Assembly (NCBI GenBank): GCA_030041175.1
Contig: JASHOK010000038.1
Coordinates: 1 to 52,997 of the forward strand
Length of the DNA: 52,997 bases
DNA from: Thermoplasmata archaeon
Lineage (GTDB): Archaea; Thermoplasmatota; Thermoplasmata; Lutacidiplasmatales; UBA184
Direction of reading: 5' to 3'
The notes beneath the pieces were generated by a model. It made no database searches. It worked only from the letters and a program-made list of their open reading frames with translations, and was not told the DNA's origin. This document shows, piece after piece, positions 1 through 9,702 of the stretch. The position numbers and the translations under genes were made by a program. Position 1 is the stretch's first letter. Each line of letters starts with the position of its first letter.

Positions 1-750
1 GCCTACCTGGCCGATGAGGCATCCGCCTACACCCGGGATTTCAGAGCCAAGGTCGTCGCCCTGCCCCCGGGGGCCGTGGTCCTCGACCGGACGTACTTCT
101 ATCCGGCCGGGGGGGGCCAGCAGGCCGACCACGGGACGCTGGGCCCGGTGGGTCAGGCCCGGTACTCGGTCGTTGACGTCACGAAGTCCGGAAGCTCTGC
201 GGTCCACCGTGTCCGCAAGGGCACGGGACCCGCTCCACCCGCCCTCCAGGTCGGCGAAGAGGTCGAGGGCAGCATCGACTGGGACCGAAGACACCGCCAC
301 ATGCGGCTGCACACAGGGCAGCACCTGTTGAGTGCCCTGGTGTTCCAACGCACCGGCGTCCGGACCCGGGAGGCGACGATGTCCGGCTCCGGCGGTACCG
401 TGGACCTCGAGGCTGCGCTTCCGGCTGGCGTTCCCGTCGAGACGCTCGCTCGGGAGGCGAACAGCCTTCTGCAGGAGAACCGGCGCGTCACCATCCGCCA
501 TGTGGCGCGGAGCGAGTGGGAGTTGAACCCGGGTGCCCGGTCCGGTCTGGTGCCGCTCCCTCGGCACGTCGACCCGGTTCGGATCATCGAAATCGACGGG
601 CTGGATTCCTGCCCCTGCGGAGGAACGCACGTCCGCGCGACCGGGGAGGTCGGCGAGATGGTCCTGGATCCGGTCGTGCCTCTCGGGCTTGGCGCGGTGC
701 GGGTTCCGTTCAGACTGTCGGATGACGGGTCGCCCAGTCGTCCCGGATGA
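1..750 (+). CDS. alaX: AlaX-type alanyl-tRNA editing protein (5' end outside window)
   Basis: Frame open from base 1; motifs TYFYPAGGGQ..D.G, HMRLHTGQH (HxxxH) and CPCGGTHV (CxxxH) of the Zn editing site. Confidence 0.93.
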   Translation, partial: AYLADEASAYTRDFRAKVVALPPGAVVLDRTYFYPAGGGQQADHGTLGPVGQARYSVVDVTKSGSSAVHRVRKGTGPAPPALQVGEEVEGSIDWDRRHRHMRLHTGQHLLSALVFQRTGVRTREATMSGSGGTVDLEAALPAGVPVETLAREANSLLQENRRVTIRHVARSEWELNPGARSGLVPLPRHVDPVRIIEIDGLDSCPCGGTHVRATGEVGEMVLDPVVPLGLGAVRVPFRLSDDGSPSRPG

Positions 751-1279
751 GCCCGTACACGGCGATGTCATGCCACCGAGCATGGTGGAACAGCGCGGAC
801 CGAAGGACGCCCTCGCGTTGAAAACCGACTCGCTCCAGGAGGAGAAGGGAGGCACGATTCTCGACGTCGACCGTGGCACCGACTCGGGGGAACGGGGTGG
901 ACGCGAACAGATGCTGGACCAGGAGGGTCACGGCTTCGGTGCCGTACCCTTTCCGTCGGGCGCGTCGGTCACCGATCACGTACCAGACGTCGACGGTTTC
1001 GAGCACCGGGTGGGGTACGTAGTGTCCCACGACGCCGATCGGGGCGTCCCCATCCCGCAGCGCCACGACGAACCGCGGCGCCAGAGAGTTCGGGTCGCCG
1101 GGCGCTTCCCGGAGCGAGCGCTCGAATTCCTCGAACGTATCCACACTGAACCGGTCGTACGGCGCCACGATCTCTGGGTCGTTGTACCAGGCGAAGATGC
1201 GACGGGCATCGTCGGCCGCGGCGGGACGGAGCTGGACTCGAGTCCCGGGGAGTACGGACGCCGACCCTGCCACGATCAT
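710..1279 (-). CDS. GNAT N-acetyltransferase, RimJ/RimL family
   Basis: RRKGYGTEA acetyl-CoA motif, ENRASLLLLERVGFQREG, WHDIAVYGL. Confidence 0.88.
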   Translation of the reverse strand: MIVAGSASVLPGTRVQLRPAAADDARRIFAWYNDPEIVAPYDRFSVDTFEEFERSLREAPGDPNSLAPRFVVALRDGDAPIGVVGHYVPHPVLETVDVWYVIGDRRARRKGYGTEAVTLLVQHLFASTPFPRVGATVDVENRASLLLLERVGFQREGVLRSALFHHARWHDIAVYGLIRDDWATRHPTV

Positions 1280-1728
1280 TCAGGAGGCCTCCGGGGTCCG
1301 GAGCGGTCCCGGCGGCTCCCGGTTGACTTGCGGCGAGCTGGTGCGGCGCTGGAATCCGGCTCGACCGCCGGGGTGGCCGCGACAGCAGGAGCCGGTGCCG
1401 CCGGTGGCGGTGACGGGGGCGGCGGACCGCCCGGGGCGGAGGGGTTTCCGAACAGGTCCAGCGCCTTACGATAGCCGTTCGGCGTCAGTGAGTAGACGAG
1501 TTTGGGTTCGCTGAAGCCGATGACATACTGGACGCGGCGGTAAATCCACCGACCATTCTCGAGTTGCCGCAGGGCGTTCTTCAAGAGACCGGCCTCTAAG
1601 TCGGCGAAGGACCGGTAGATCCCGAACTCCGTGGTATGGGCGTCCGCTTCGAAGCGGACCTGGTGACCTCGATAGGTCAGAAGATGGCGGAGGAGGGATT
1701 GCTCAAGAGTGTCGAGTTCCTCCCCCAT
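1276..1728 (-). CDS. hypothetical protein, probable winged-helix domain plus Pro/Ala-rich tail
   Basis: LKNALRQLENGRWI...VYSLTPNG resembles a wHTH helix and wing; 4-nt overlap with the downstream GNAT. Confidence 0.6.
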   Translation of the reverse strand: MGEELDTLEQSLLRHLLTYRGHQVRFEADAHTTEFGIYRSFADLEAGLLKNALRQLENGRWIYRRVQYVIGFSEPKLVYSLTPNGYRKALDLFGNPSAPGGPPPPSPPPAAPAPAVAATPAVEPDSSAAPARRKSTGSRRDRSGPRRPPE

Positions 1729-1752
1729 CGGGTTCGCTCTGCCTCCGGCACA

Positions 1753-1977
1753 TCAGGCGATGGTCGTGACCTCATAGTTGACGCCGAGCCCCTTCAGGCG
1801 GCCGTGCATTGCGGTGACGAGGTCGAGAACCTCGTCGATCGTGGGCTGTTTGGTCCACTTGAACACAAAGTCGTGGATCCCCATCGACTCCTCGAACTTG
1901 AGGTCCCGCATGACCCGGAGCACATCCCGGGGGCTCGACCCCTCCGACTGGAAGATCATTCGCACGTAGGTACGCAT
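1753..1977 (-). CDS. small conserved hypothetical protein (74 aa)
   Basis: Globular composition (MRTYVRMIFQSEG...YEVTT), typical codon usage, first gene of a minus-strand run. Confidence 0.75.
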   Translation of the reverse strand: MRTYVRMIFQSEGSSPRDVLRVMRDLKFEESMGIHDFVFKWTKQPTIDEVLDLVTAMHGRLKGLGVNYEVTTIA

Positions 1978-2030
1978 GGGTTGATTCCCCGCCAGAAAAC
2001 GCGATTACGAGCGAGTTAGGCGGCTGTTCT

Positions 2031-2038
2031 GATATATA
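2031..2038. promoter_or_regulatory. TATA box in divergent intergenic region
   Basis: GATATATA in an AT-rich patch about 30 nt upstream of ATG 2070. Confidence 0.6.
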
Positions 2039-2069
2039 GGATTCTCTCACAATCTCCGGGAGCGCGGCG

Positions 2070-3032
2070 ATGTCGACCCCTCAGTCCAAGCCGCCCGTGG
2101 TCGTCACGGGTGGTGCCGGCGCCATCGGAACGGTCCTGGTGCACGCGCTCGCGGATGCGGGGCACGCCGTCCGGGTCATCGACAACCTCAGCTCCGGGAA
2201 GCGGGAGCGTCTTCGGGACCTGGAGCAGCTCGGTCGACTGACCTTTCACTCCCAGGACCTCGGTCGCGACGACGACCTTCGGCCGACATTTCGGGGAGCT
2301 GGCGAGGTCTGGCATCTCGCCGCCAACCCCAATATTTCACTTGGGACCCAGAATCCCCGCATCGACCTGGAGAACGGTACCCTCGCGATGGCCCATGTTC
2401 TTGAGGCCGCTCGGCAAACCGATGTCCGTCGGGTCTTGTTTGCCTCCTCCAGCGTCGTCTATGGGATGCCGACGGTGTTTCCAACGCCCGAGAGCTACGG
2501 GCCGCTTCTCCCCGAATCCCAATACGGGGCGTCGAAGCTCGCCTCCGAGGCATTGATCAGTGCCTACTGTCACTCGTACGGAATGCGGGGCTGGATCTTC
2601 CGGTTCGCCAATATTGTCGGTCCTGGCATGACCCACGGCGTCATCCCCGACTTTCTGCAGAAGATCCGGCGCGACCCGAACCGTCTCGAAGTGCTCGGCG
2701 ACGGCCGACAGGCGAAGAGCTACCTCTGGGTGACCGACTGTGTCGCCGGCATGCGTCGTGCCGAGGAGGCCTCCCAGGAGGTGGTCAACGTCTTCAACCT
2801 CGGCACCGAACAGCAGGTCCCAGTGCGCGACATTGCGCAGCGAGTGGTGGCGGCCTTTGGGGGAAGGGCCCGGATCGAGTACACCGGTGGCCGGCAAGGC
2901 TGGCCGGGCGACATTCCTCTGCAGCTGCTCTCCGTTTCCAAGATCCTGTCGCTCGGCTGGCGCCCCCAATACGACTCGTCCACGGCAGTCGACATGGCGA
3001 TCGCGGCCGGCCGGGCGGAACTTGGGATCTAG
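2070..3032 (+). CDS. galE: NAD-dependent epimerase/dehydratase (UDP-glucose 4-epimerase-like)
   Basis: TGGAGAIG Rossmann motif, ASSSVVYG, YGASK (YxxxK), RFANIVG, GDGRQAKSY. Confidence 0.9.
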   Translation: MSTPQSKPPVVVTGGAGAIGTVLVHALADAGHAVRVIDNLSSGKRERLRDLEQLGRLTFHSQDLGRDDDLRPTFRGAGEVWHLAANPNISLGTQNPRIDLENGTLAMAHVLEAARQTDVRRVLFASSSVVYGMPTVFPTPESYGPLLPESQYGASKLASEALISAYCHSYGMRGWIFRFANIVGPGMTHGVIPDFLQKIRRDPNRLEVLGDGRQAKSYLWVTDCVAGMRRAEEASQEVVNVFNLGTEQQVPVRDIAQRVVAAFGGRARIEYTGGRQGWPGDIPLQLLSVSKILSLGWRPQYDSSTAVDMAIAAGRAELGI

Positions 3033-3038
3033 TCCCGG

Positions 3039-4082
3039 ATGAGCGCGTCCCCGACTTCCTCCATGGCCGCCGGAGCGGTCACGGTGATCGTAACCGTCCT
3101 GGATGACCCCCGGCTGGAGCGGACGCTCGACAGCCTGCTCACGCAGCACCGGCTCCCGGAGGAGGTCCTGATCGCCGACGGCGGAGATTCGCCGGCCATC
3201 GCGGCGATCTCCGAACGGTTCACCCGTCGAGACCCTCGTGTCCGCCGCATCGCGGCGCCCGGTACCATCGCCGAAACCCGGAACGGAGCACTGGCCGCCG
3301 TGCGCACGGACCTCGTGGCGTTCCTCGATACCGACGAGGTCGCGCCGCCGCAGTGGCTGGAACACCTCCTGGCGCCGTTCGAGGAACCGGCAGTCGGCTT
3401 CGCGGGAGGCCCCACGCCGGCCAATCCGGCCTCGCTCCACAACGTCGCCGCTCGATACTACAACGCGTACATGCGCCGCTTCTACGACCGAGTCGTCCCC
3501 GAGCGACCCCATGCCATCCCGATGGGGAATTCGGCCTGGCGCATGCGGATCTTTCGAGAGCTCGGGGCTCTCGACCTGAGCGTTTCGGGCTTCGGGAGCG
3601 AGGACCAGGAAATCGCTCTGAGGGCACTTCACGCGGGCTGGCGGGGAGTCTACGTCCCCGGAGCTGCCGTGGAGCACGACCTCTCGGACATCGGGTGGAG
3701 CAGTCTGTTCCGCAAGCAGCGGCGCTACGGTCACGGGGGGTATCTGATCTGGCGCCGGACCGGTGCGACGTACGAGGCCTCCCCCGAGGGCGTGCTGCCT
3801 TACCTGGGCCTGCCGCTGCTCGTCCTGGCCGGGCTGGTCATGGTGGTGTTCCCGGTCGTCCGCTGGGCCGGCGTGGTCGTAGCCCTGTTGGGTTTGGCAG
3901 GACTGGTCGTACTCGTGGTGGTCCTGACCGTCGAGGGACGGCGTGAGGACCTGCAGTACCCAGGGTACCGGTTTCGGGCCGTCGAGATCTGGCGACGGTG
4001 GGCCACCCTACTCGGCGCGCTAGAGGCCGCCCTGAGCCGGAGTGGCCCGGTGGCCTCGTCGTCGGCGCCGGCTCGGCGGTAA
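3039..4082 (+). CDS. GT2 family glycosyltransferase with C-terminal membrane helices
   Basis: VLIADGG, RNGAL, AFLDTD (DxD), SEDQE, KQRRY; hydrophobic C-terminus. Confidence 0.88.
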   Translation: MSASPTSSMAAGAVTVIVTVLDDPRLERTLDSLLTQHRLPEEVLIADGGDSPAIAAISERFTRRDPRVRRIAAPGTIAETRNGALAAVRTDLVAFLDTDEVAPPQWLEHLLAPFEEPAVGFAGGPTPANPASLHNVAARYYNAYMRRFYDRVVPERPHAIPMGNSAWRMRIFRELGALDLSVSGFGSEDQEIALRALHAGWRGVYVPGAAVEHDLSDIGWSSLFRKQRRYGHGGYLIWRRTGATYEASPEGVLPYLGLPLLVLAGLVMVVFPVVRWAGVVVALLGLAGLVVLVVVLTVEGRREDLQYPGYRFRAVEIWRRWATLLGALEAALSRSGPVASSSAPARR

Positions 4083-4084
4083 AC

Positions 4085-4090
4085 TTTAAA
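4085..4090 (+). promoter_or_regulatory. TATA box for probably leaderless FKBP gene
   Basis: TTTAAA about 25 nt upstream of ATG 4115. Confidence 0.6.
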
Positions 4091-4114
4091 CCCCACCCCG
4101 ACTGCGCGGCCCCG

Positions 4115-4987
4115 ATGGCGGAGCACGCGGCTGCGGAGACGACCCACGTGAAGAGTGGGGACCTGGTTCTCCTCGATTACGAACTATGGGCCGAGGCCGG
4201 GGGTAAGATGGAGCTCATCGACACGACCCGGTCCGAGGTGGCTCAGAAGGAGAACTTCTCGCTCTCCGCGGGCTTCGAGTTCGGCCCCCGTCCCCACATC
4301 ATCGGGGGGGACGACTTTCCGGCCGCCCTAGAGACGGCCATTGCCGCGGCGTCCGTGGGTCATGAGGTCGAGAAGGAGCTGACACCGGCCGAGGCCTTCG
4401 GCGAACGGGACCCGAAACTCATCGAACTGTTCTCGATGCATGAGATCGAGCGGCTGCCGGAGATGCGCCGCGAAGACGCCGAACTAAACATCGGCACGGT
4501 CCTCACGATCCGGGGCCGCCGGGGCCGGGTCGTCAGCTACACGGCCGCTCGGGTTCGAGTGGATTTCAATCCTCCCTTCGCCGGTCGGAAAATTCGGGCG
4601 AAGTTCAAGGTCGTCGAGGCGGTGACCGAGCCGGTGGCCAAAGCGCTCGCCCTGATCGAAATCACGTACGGCCGGGCGAAGGATTTCGCGGCGACCTGGC
4701 ATGAAAAGGTGCTCACCATCACCGTCCCAGATCGTGCCAAGTTCGACCTGGCCTGGCACGCGGCCTCTAAGTCCCGCCTCATCGAGCGTCTCCGGGCCCA
4801 GCTCCATCCGAAGTCCATCCACTTCGTGGAGGAGTACGTCACGCCCACGCCGAAGGAGACCAAGGCAGAGGAGAAGGGAGAGAAGGCGTCCGAACGGGCG
4901 GCCGAGCCGGCCAAGGGCGACTCAACCGACGAAAAGAAGACCCACGCAAAGACCAGCCATTCCGCCGCCGGGACCTCGAAGTCGTAG
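4115..4987 (+). CDS. archaeal long-type FKBP peptidyl-prolyl isomerase (SlyD-like)
   Basis: GDLVLLDYE, IDTT, PAEAFGERDPKLI, VRVDFNPPFAGR; charged C-terminal tail. Confidence 0.9.
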   Translation: MAEHAAAETTHVKSGDLVLLDYELWAEAGGKMELIDTTRSEVAQKENFSLSAGFEFGPRPHIIGGDDFPAALETAIAAASVGHEVEKELTPAEAFGERDPKLIELFSMHEIERLPEMRREDAELNIGTVLTIRGRRGRVVSYTAARVRVDFNPPFAGRKIRAKFKVVEAVTEPVAKALALIEITYGRAKDFAATWHEKVLTITVPDRAKFDLAWHAASKSRLIERLRAQLHPKSIHFVEEYVTPTPKETKAEEKGEKASERAAEPAKGDSTDEKKTHAKTSHSAAGTSKS

Positions 4988-5023
4988 CGCGGCCGGGCCA
5001 GCGGCCGCCCCCGGCCCCGTCCG

Positions 5024-5767
5024 CTAGCTCGACCGGCTCGGGGAGAGGAGCCGGTCTACCCCGGCCGCGAGGAGACCGCCCACGATCGGTGCCAGGATGA
5101 AGAGCCAGACCTGGTCGATCGCCCAGTGAGCACTGGGCCAGATGAGCGAGAGCAGAGCTGGCGCCAGGCTCCGGTAGGGATTGATCGAGGCGTTATCGAT
5201 CGGGATGGCGACCAGCTGCGTGAGAAACAGCGTGAACCCGATCGCAATGGGCGCGAACATCTTTGCCGGGCTGCCGTCGCGCGTCACCCGGTGGATGACG
5301 AGCACGAAGAAGAACGTCATGACCGTCTCGAGCAGGAAGACGGCTCCCCAGGTCGTGTGAAACGGAGCTCCATTTCCGGCATAGCCCTGGGAGGTGAGGG
5401 CGTTCGCCTGCACCAGAGAGAGGAGCGTCCCCGAGGTCCCCGAGGCGATCACGAGGACGATTTCCACGGCAAGAAGGGCGCCGAGCAGCTGGGCGACCAG
5501 ATAGGGGATGACATCGCCCTTCGGCATCTTGCCGGAGACTGCCATCGAGAGCGTCACGGCGGGATTGAAGTGGGCACCCGAAATGTCCCCGAAGGCGAAG
5601 GCGCCGGCCAGCACAACAATTCCGAATGCGAACGAAATCGCCAGGTATCGGGCATCGGTCACAAAAGAGAGGTTCAGGGTCGCTTCCGCAGTTCCGACTC
5701 CGAACAGGAGGAGGCCGAAGGTTCCGAGGAACTCTGCGAGCAGCCGTTGATAGATCGAGGTGGCCAT
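5024..5767 (-). CDS. aqpZ: MIP family channel, AqpZ-like aquaporin
   Basis: AEFLGTF, ISGAHFNPAVT, NASINPYRS; six hydrophobic helices; start placed at MATSIYQ. Confidence 0.9.
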   Translation of the reverse strand: MATSIYQRLLAEFLGTFGLLLFGVGTAEATLNLSFVTDARYLAISFAFGIVVLAGAFAFGDISGAHFNPAVTLSMAVSGKMPKGDVIPYLVAQLLGALLAVEIVLVIASGTSGTLLSLVQANALTSQGYAGNGAPFHTTWGAVFLLETVMTFFFVLVIHRVTRDGSPAKMFAPIAIGFTLFLTQLVAIPIDNASINPYRSLAPALLSLIWPSAHWAIDQVWLFILAPIVGGLLAAGVDRLLSPSRSS

Positions 5768-5906
5768 TGCCCAGACGGAAGAAAGAGGTGGCTTGAATGT
5801 TGCGGCGCCGCCGAGGGTTTGGGTCGCCTCCGCTGGGGACTCGGGCACCGTCGGCAAAAACTCGTACCGTGGGAACAAAAACCGCCATGACGGTGCCCGA
5901 CGGACG

Positions 5907-6128
5907 ATGACGGCCGCCCCAGAGCCCGCGTCTCCCTCCTTGCCGTGGCTCTTCTTCTTGGTCACGATCGTCGCGGCGGCCATCGTGGGGATCATCATCG
6001 CCTACCTCGGCTTGACCGGCCACCTGGGTGCGGGTATTCCCGGCTCGAAGTCGCCCGACGGCGGCCTCACCATCGCTCCGCTGCTGGGCCTGATCGCACG
6101 CTGGCGGGATCGGGGGTGGCGGCGCTGA
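5907..6128 (+). CDS. small membrane protein
   Basis: Strong TM segment WLFFLVTIVAAAIVGIIIAYLGL; divergent from the aquaporin gene. Confidence 0.55.
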   Translation: MTAAPEPASPSLPWLFFLVTIVAAAIVGIIIAYLGLTGHLGAGIPGSKSPDGGLTIAPLLGLIARWRDRGWRR

Positions 6129-6271
6129 GCGCCGTGGCAGTCCGCGCCGCGGCCCAGCCGGAGGGGCCGGCCACGCCGTGGGAGCTCTACAAAGGCTGGG
6201 TCGCGGGCGCGATCATCATCCTGGTCATCCTGTCGGTGGCGTTCGGGTTCTGGTTCCGGTATCATCCGTAG
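6116..6271 (+). CDS. small single-TM membrane protein
   Basis: GTG start overlapping previous gene; WVAGAIIILVILSVAFGFWF. Confidence 0.5.
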   Translation: MAALSAVAVRAAAQPEGPATPWELYKGWVAGAIIILVILSVAFGFWFRYHP

Positions 6272-6806
6272 ACTGTGCGGCGTCGGGCCATCGGTAGAGG
6301 TAGACCTTGAGCGCCGGGTCTGCCACCTCGGGCGTCCACGCGAGAATCGGATGCCAGTGACTCACGACCCGGGATCCGGGCGACAGCTCACGCTCGAGGA
6401 TCGGCCGGAGGCGCTCCATCGCGCCGGGCCACAGGAACACCGCCACCACCTGGGCGGTGCGAAGGTCGGTCTCGAAGATGTTACCCCAAACGAATCGCAC
6501 CCGGTCCCTCGGGCCGCCCCACCAGAGGCGCAGGCGGAGAATCAGAACCCGGAGCGGTTCCACCTCCACTCCGACGGCCTTGGCCCCGTAGGTCCGGGCG
6601 GCCGCGAAGACGATGGCCCCCGTCCCCGCTCCGAGGTCGAACAGAGTGTCCCCGGAGTGGAGCTCCGCCAAGTCGAGCATTCGACGGACGACGCGCGGAG
6701 GGGTCGGCTGATACCCGGCCCCAAAGGCGAAGGAAGCGTACAGGAAGTAGGCGACGACGCCGACCCCGAGCAGCCCCACGATGTAGAGCGTGGTCGCCAG
6801 CGTCAT
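6225..6806 (-). CDS. class I SAM-dependent methyltransferase with N-terminal TM anchor
   Basis: YQPTP, LFDLGAGTG motif I, GVEVEP, VFLWPGAM, PGSRVVSH. Confidence 0.85.
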   Translation of the reverse strand: MTLATTLYIVGLLGVGVVAYFLYASFAFGAGYQPTPPRVVRRMLDLAELHSGDTLFDLGAGTGAIVFAAARTYGAKAVGVEVEPLRVLILRLRLWWGGPRDRVRFVWGNIFETDLRTAQVVAVFLWPGAMERLRPILERELSPGSRVVSHWHPILAWTPEVADPALKVYLYRWPDAAQSTDDTGTRTRTPPTG

Positions 6807-6812
6807 CGCGAG

Positions 6813-7781
6813 CTACGCTGATCGGCGGATCTCGGCTACGAGCCGGTCGGCCACCGAGTGTGGGTCGATCTCCCGGGCCACGACCCGGTCCAGGAACGAC
6901 TGCAGTTCCGGTTCTCGGGCGAAGACCTCTGCGAGTCGTGCGTCAACCCGTTCCCGGACGAGCCCTAGGATCTCATCGGTGAGTCGACGGCGGTCGAGTT
7001 CCTGGCGGGTCCCGCTGGAGTCCAGGAAGGCTTCGTGTCGGGCCACCGCTGTCCAGAGCTCTTCGATACCCTTGGGCCCTACCGTAGACGTCTGGACCAC
7101 GGCCGGCCGCCACCCTCCGTTCCGGCCCCCCAGCTGCGTCATCTCGTTCAGATACCGAGCGGCGGCGTCTGCGCCGGGCAAGTCCGCCTTGTTTACGCAA
7201 AAGACGTCCGCGATCTCGAAGAGGCCGGCTTTCAGCGATTGGACCTCGTCCCCCAGGTGGGGAACCACGACGACGACGCTCGTCGTGGCCACGTCGTGAA
7301 TCTCCACGTCCGACTGACCACTGCCGACGGTCTCCACCAGCACCACGTCCATCCCGAAGGCGTCGAGGAGCCGGACCGTCTCCCGAGTCGCGAGCGCGAC
7401 CCCGCCGGCGTGGCCCCGGGAGGCCATCGACCGGATGAAGACGTCCGAGTCGCCCGGGGGTCGCTCGAGACGAATCCGATCGCCGAGGATGGAGCCGCCC
7501 GAAAACGGACTGGACGGATCCACCGCGACAACGCCCACGGACCTGCCCTGTCGACGGAGGTGACCCAGGAGCAGGTTGACGAGAGAGGACTTTCCCACTC
7601 CGAGGGGCCCGGTAAGCCCCACCACGGTCGCCTTACCCGAATGCGGATACAGCGACCGAACGGCCGGGAGGGCGGCTGGGTCCCGGTTCTCGACCTGCGT
7701 GATGAGCCGAGCCAGCGCCTGACGGTCGCCCTGCAGGATACGACGAGCTACGGGGGGAGTCGACGCGGCGCGTCGACTCAT
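6813..7781 (-). CDS. meaB: MeaB/ArgK GTPase chaperone of methylmalonyl-CoA mutase
   Basis: [41 protein letters not shown]. Confidence 0.95.
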   Translation of the reverse strand: MSRRAASTPPVARRILQGDRQALARLITQVENRDPAALPAVRSLYPHSGKATVVGLTGPLGVGKSSLVNLLLGHLRRQGRSVGVVAVDPSSPFSGGSILGDRIRLERPPGDSDVFIRSMASRGHAGGVALATRETVRLLDAFGMDVVLVETVGSGQSDVEIHDVATTSVVVVVPHLGDEVQSLKAGLFEIADVFCVNKADLPGADAAARYLNEMTQLGGRNGGWRPAVVQTSTVGPKGIEELWTAVARHEAFLDSSGTRQELDRRRLTDEILGLVRERVDARLAEVFAREPELQSFLDRVVAREIDPHSVADRLVAEIRRSA

Positions 7782-8197
7782 GAGCGCACAGGACCGGCTA
7801 GCTTGCGGGCGGTGGCTACGATCTCGTCGAGCGAGGCACCCGGCCCGAAGATTGCTCGGATGCCCATCTTCTTCAGACGCTTGGCGTCCTCGTCCGGAAT
7901 GATCCCGCCCGCGAAGACGCGGATCCGGGACGCCCGCTTCTGCTTCAGGAGGGCGAGCACCCGGGGGAAGAGGGCCATGTGGGCCCCGGACAGAATCGAG
8001 AGTCCGATCAGCCGCACGTCCTCTTCAATCGCCGAGTCGACGATCTCCTCGGGGGTCTGGCGAAGGCCGGCATAAATGACCTCCATCCCAGCATCCCGGA
8101 GGGCCCGCGCGACGACCTTCGCCCCGCGGTCATGCCCATCGAGGCCCGGCTTGGCGATCAGAACCCGAATCGGTCCCGTGGACTTGGTGGGAGACAT
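7778..8197 (-). CDS. methylmalonyl-CoA mutase small (cobalamin-binding) subunit
   Basis: [13 protein letters not shown] (DxHxxG), [14 protein letters not shown]. Confidence 0.95.
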   Translation of the reverse strand: MSPTKSTGPIRVLIAKPGLDGHDRGAKVVARALRDAGMEVIYAGLRQTPEEIVDSAIEEDVRLIGLSILSGAHMALFPRVLALLKQKRASRIRVFAGGIIPDEDAKRLKKMGIRAIFGPGASLDEIVATARKLAGPVRS

Positions 8198-8254
8198 GCC
8201 CAGCGCTCGATGGAGTCGGTCGCCGAGACAAAAGGTTTCCGGCGGGGGCGGCGG

Positions 8255-9175
8255 TTAGAGCGCGGAGAACAGGTCGAACACGAGATTTCCGGCCACGAGC
8301 GCCGCGATCGCGCCGGCGAGGATCCACAGAATGAACGGCAGCTGCGGCGTCACCCAGATTCGCTCTATACCCTGCTTCCGGAGCTCCGCCGCCTGTCGGC
8401 GTCGAAGCGCCCGGTCTTCTTCGGTGCTTTCGGGCTCCGGCTCGTCGGACGCCGGGGCATAGTCGAAGGTCGGGTCCTTGATCCAGACGAAACGATCCGG
8501 CAGCTCCGATACGGGGATGGTGTAGCCGGTGAATCCACGTGGAAACGCGAACTCGTGCCGAGCCACGTTCCGGATTGCGATCGCGATCGGAACTGCGACC
8601 GCGATCAATGCGGCGTTGATGAGGATCGTTAGCGCGAACGGATAGTAACCGAGCAGCGGAGCCACACCCGGCGGGGACCAGAGAACGGTGCTGTCGATCG
8701 GCAGCAGGAGCCCGGCGACCATGAGCGCCTTCGCGTCCGCTCCGCCATACAGCACTCCGATCTCGAACAGGCCCCGGGCCAGAAGGATCGAGGCAGCAAC
8801 GGCTACAATCGCGATGGGTACGCCGGAGCCTCCGACGCCCCTGGTCACGCCGGAGACCACCAGGACGGCAATCGCGAGGACATAGAGCCCGAGCTCCACC
8901 CAGACCGGTATCCGCTCCGAGTAGCTCTCGAGCGGGACGTCCCAAGGGAAGAGATGCTCGAGCGCCCAGACGCTCACCAGCACCCAGAGCGCGAGCTGGA
9001 AGGGATTCCCCCAGAATGCGAGCACGCCGAACACGGCTCCCAGCACGCCGATCGACTGCCAGAGCCCATCCCCGACCTCCCGTTCGACCCAATCCTGATA
9101 CCCGGCAAAACCCAGTCCCGCGAGGAGGACCACGGCGCGGAGCACGAAGAGAAGCTCGGGCGACAGCGAGGTCAT
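8255..9175 (-). CDS. archaeal prepilin/preflagellin peptidase (A24, PibD/FlaK family)
   Basis: Catalytic motifs YQDWVEREV and GGADAKAL; C-terminal WVTPQLPF; multi-TM. Confidence 0.9.
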   Translation of the reverse strand: MTSLSPELLFVLRAVVLLAGLGFAGYQDWVEREVGDGLWQSIGVLGAVFGVLAFWGNPFQLALWVLVSVWALEHLFPWDVPLESYSERIPVWVELGLYVLAIAVLVVSGVTRGVGGSGVPIAIVAVAASILLARGLFEIGVLYGGADAKALMVAGLLLPIDSTVLWSPPGVAPLLGYYPFALTILINAALIAVAVPIAIAIRNVARHEFAFPRGFTGYTIPVSELPDRFVWIKDPTFDYAPASDEPEPESTEEDRALRRRQAAELRKQGIERIWVTPQLPFILWILAGAIAALVAGNLVFDLFSAL

Positions 9176-9278
9176 CCTAATTCGTCTCAACCAGCGGCCG
9201 TCCCTCTCTTAAACGGAGAAGGCCCAGCGGGCGGAGGCAGTGCCGTGCCCGAGGGCAGCCCCCGAGCCCGGGACAGCC

Positions 9279-9285
9279 TTTTAAA
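9279..9285 (+). promoter_or_regulatory. TATA box of rps6e-eif2g operon
   Basis: TTTTAAA about 40 nt upstream of ATG 9324. Confidence 0.6.
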
Positions 9286-9323
9286 CGGGCCCCGGGTGCC
9301 CGCGCCGCTTCGCATCGAGATCC

Positions 9324-9701
9324 ATGGTAGAGCTCAAAGTCGTGATTTCCGAGCAGGCCAAGTCGTACGCCCGTACGGTGACCGACGCTCAGGTATCGTC
9401 GCTCCTCGGGCGACGTATCGGTGAAACCGTGGGCGGGGATGCCTTGGGGCTTCCCGGCTACACCCTCAAGATCACGGGAGGGACGGACAAGAGCGGATTC
9501 CCCCTCCGGGGGGACCTTCCGGGTGCCCGGCAGGTACGCGTGCTGGTCGGGGAAGGGGTGGGGTTTCACGCCCCGCGCCACGGGATGCGGAAACGCCGCA
9601 CCTTCCGCGGTAACACGGTCAGCGAGGACACGGTCCAGGTCAATCTGGCCGTCGAAGCTAAGGGCTCCAAGCCTATCGCGGAGCTCCTGACGGCTTCATA
9701 G
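9324..9701 (+). CDS. rps6e: 30S ribosomal protein S6e
   Basis: LKITGGTDKSGFPLR, RKRRTFRGN, QVNL. Confidence 0.96.
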   Translation: MVELKVVISEQAKSYARTVTDAQVSSLLGRRIGETVGGDALGLPGYTLKITGGTDKSGFPLRGDLPGARQVRVLVGEGVGFHAPRHGMRKRRTFRGNTVSEDTVQVNLAVEAKGSKPIAELLTAS

Positions 9702-9702
9702 G

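Noticed and set aside
1688-1704. Partial match (GGAGGGATT) to the predicted right-hand TnpB guide
   Set aside because: Only about 9 nt; expected by chance in 53 kb.
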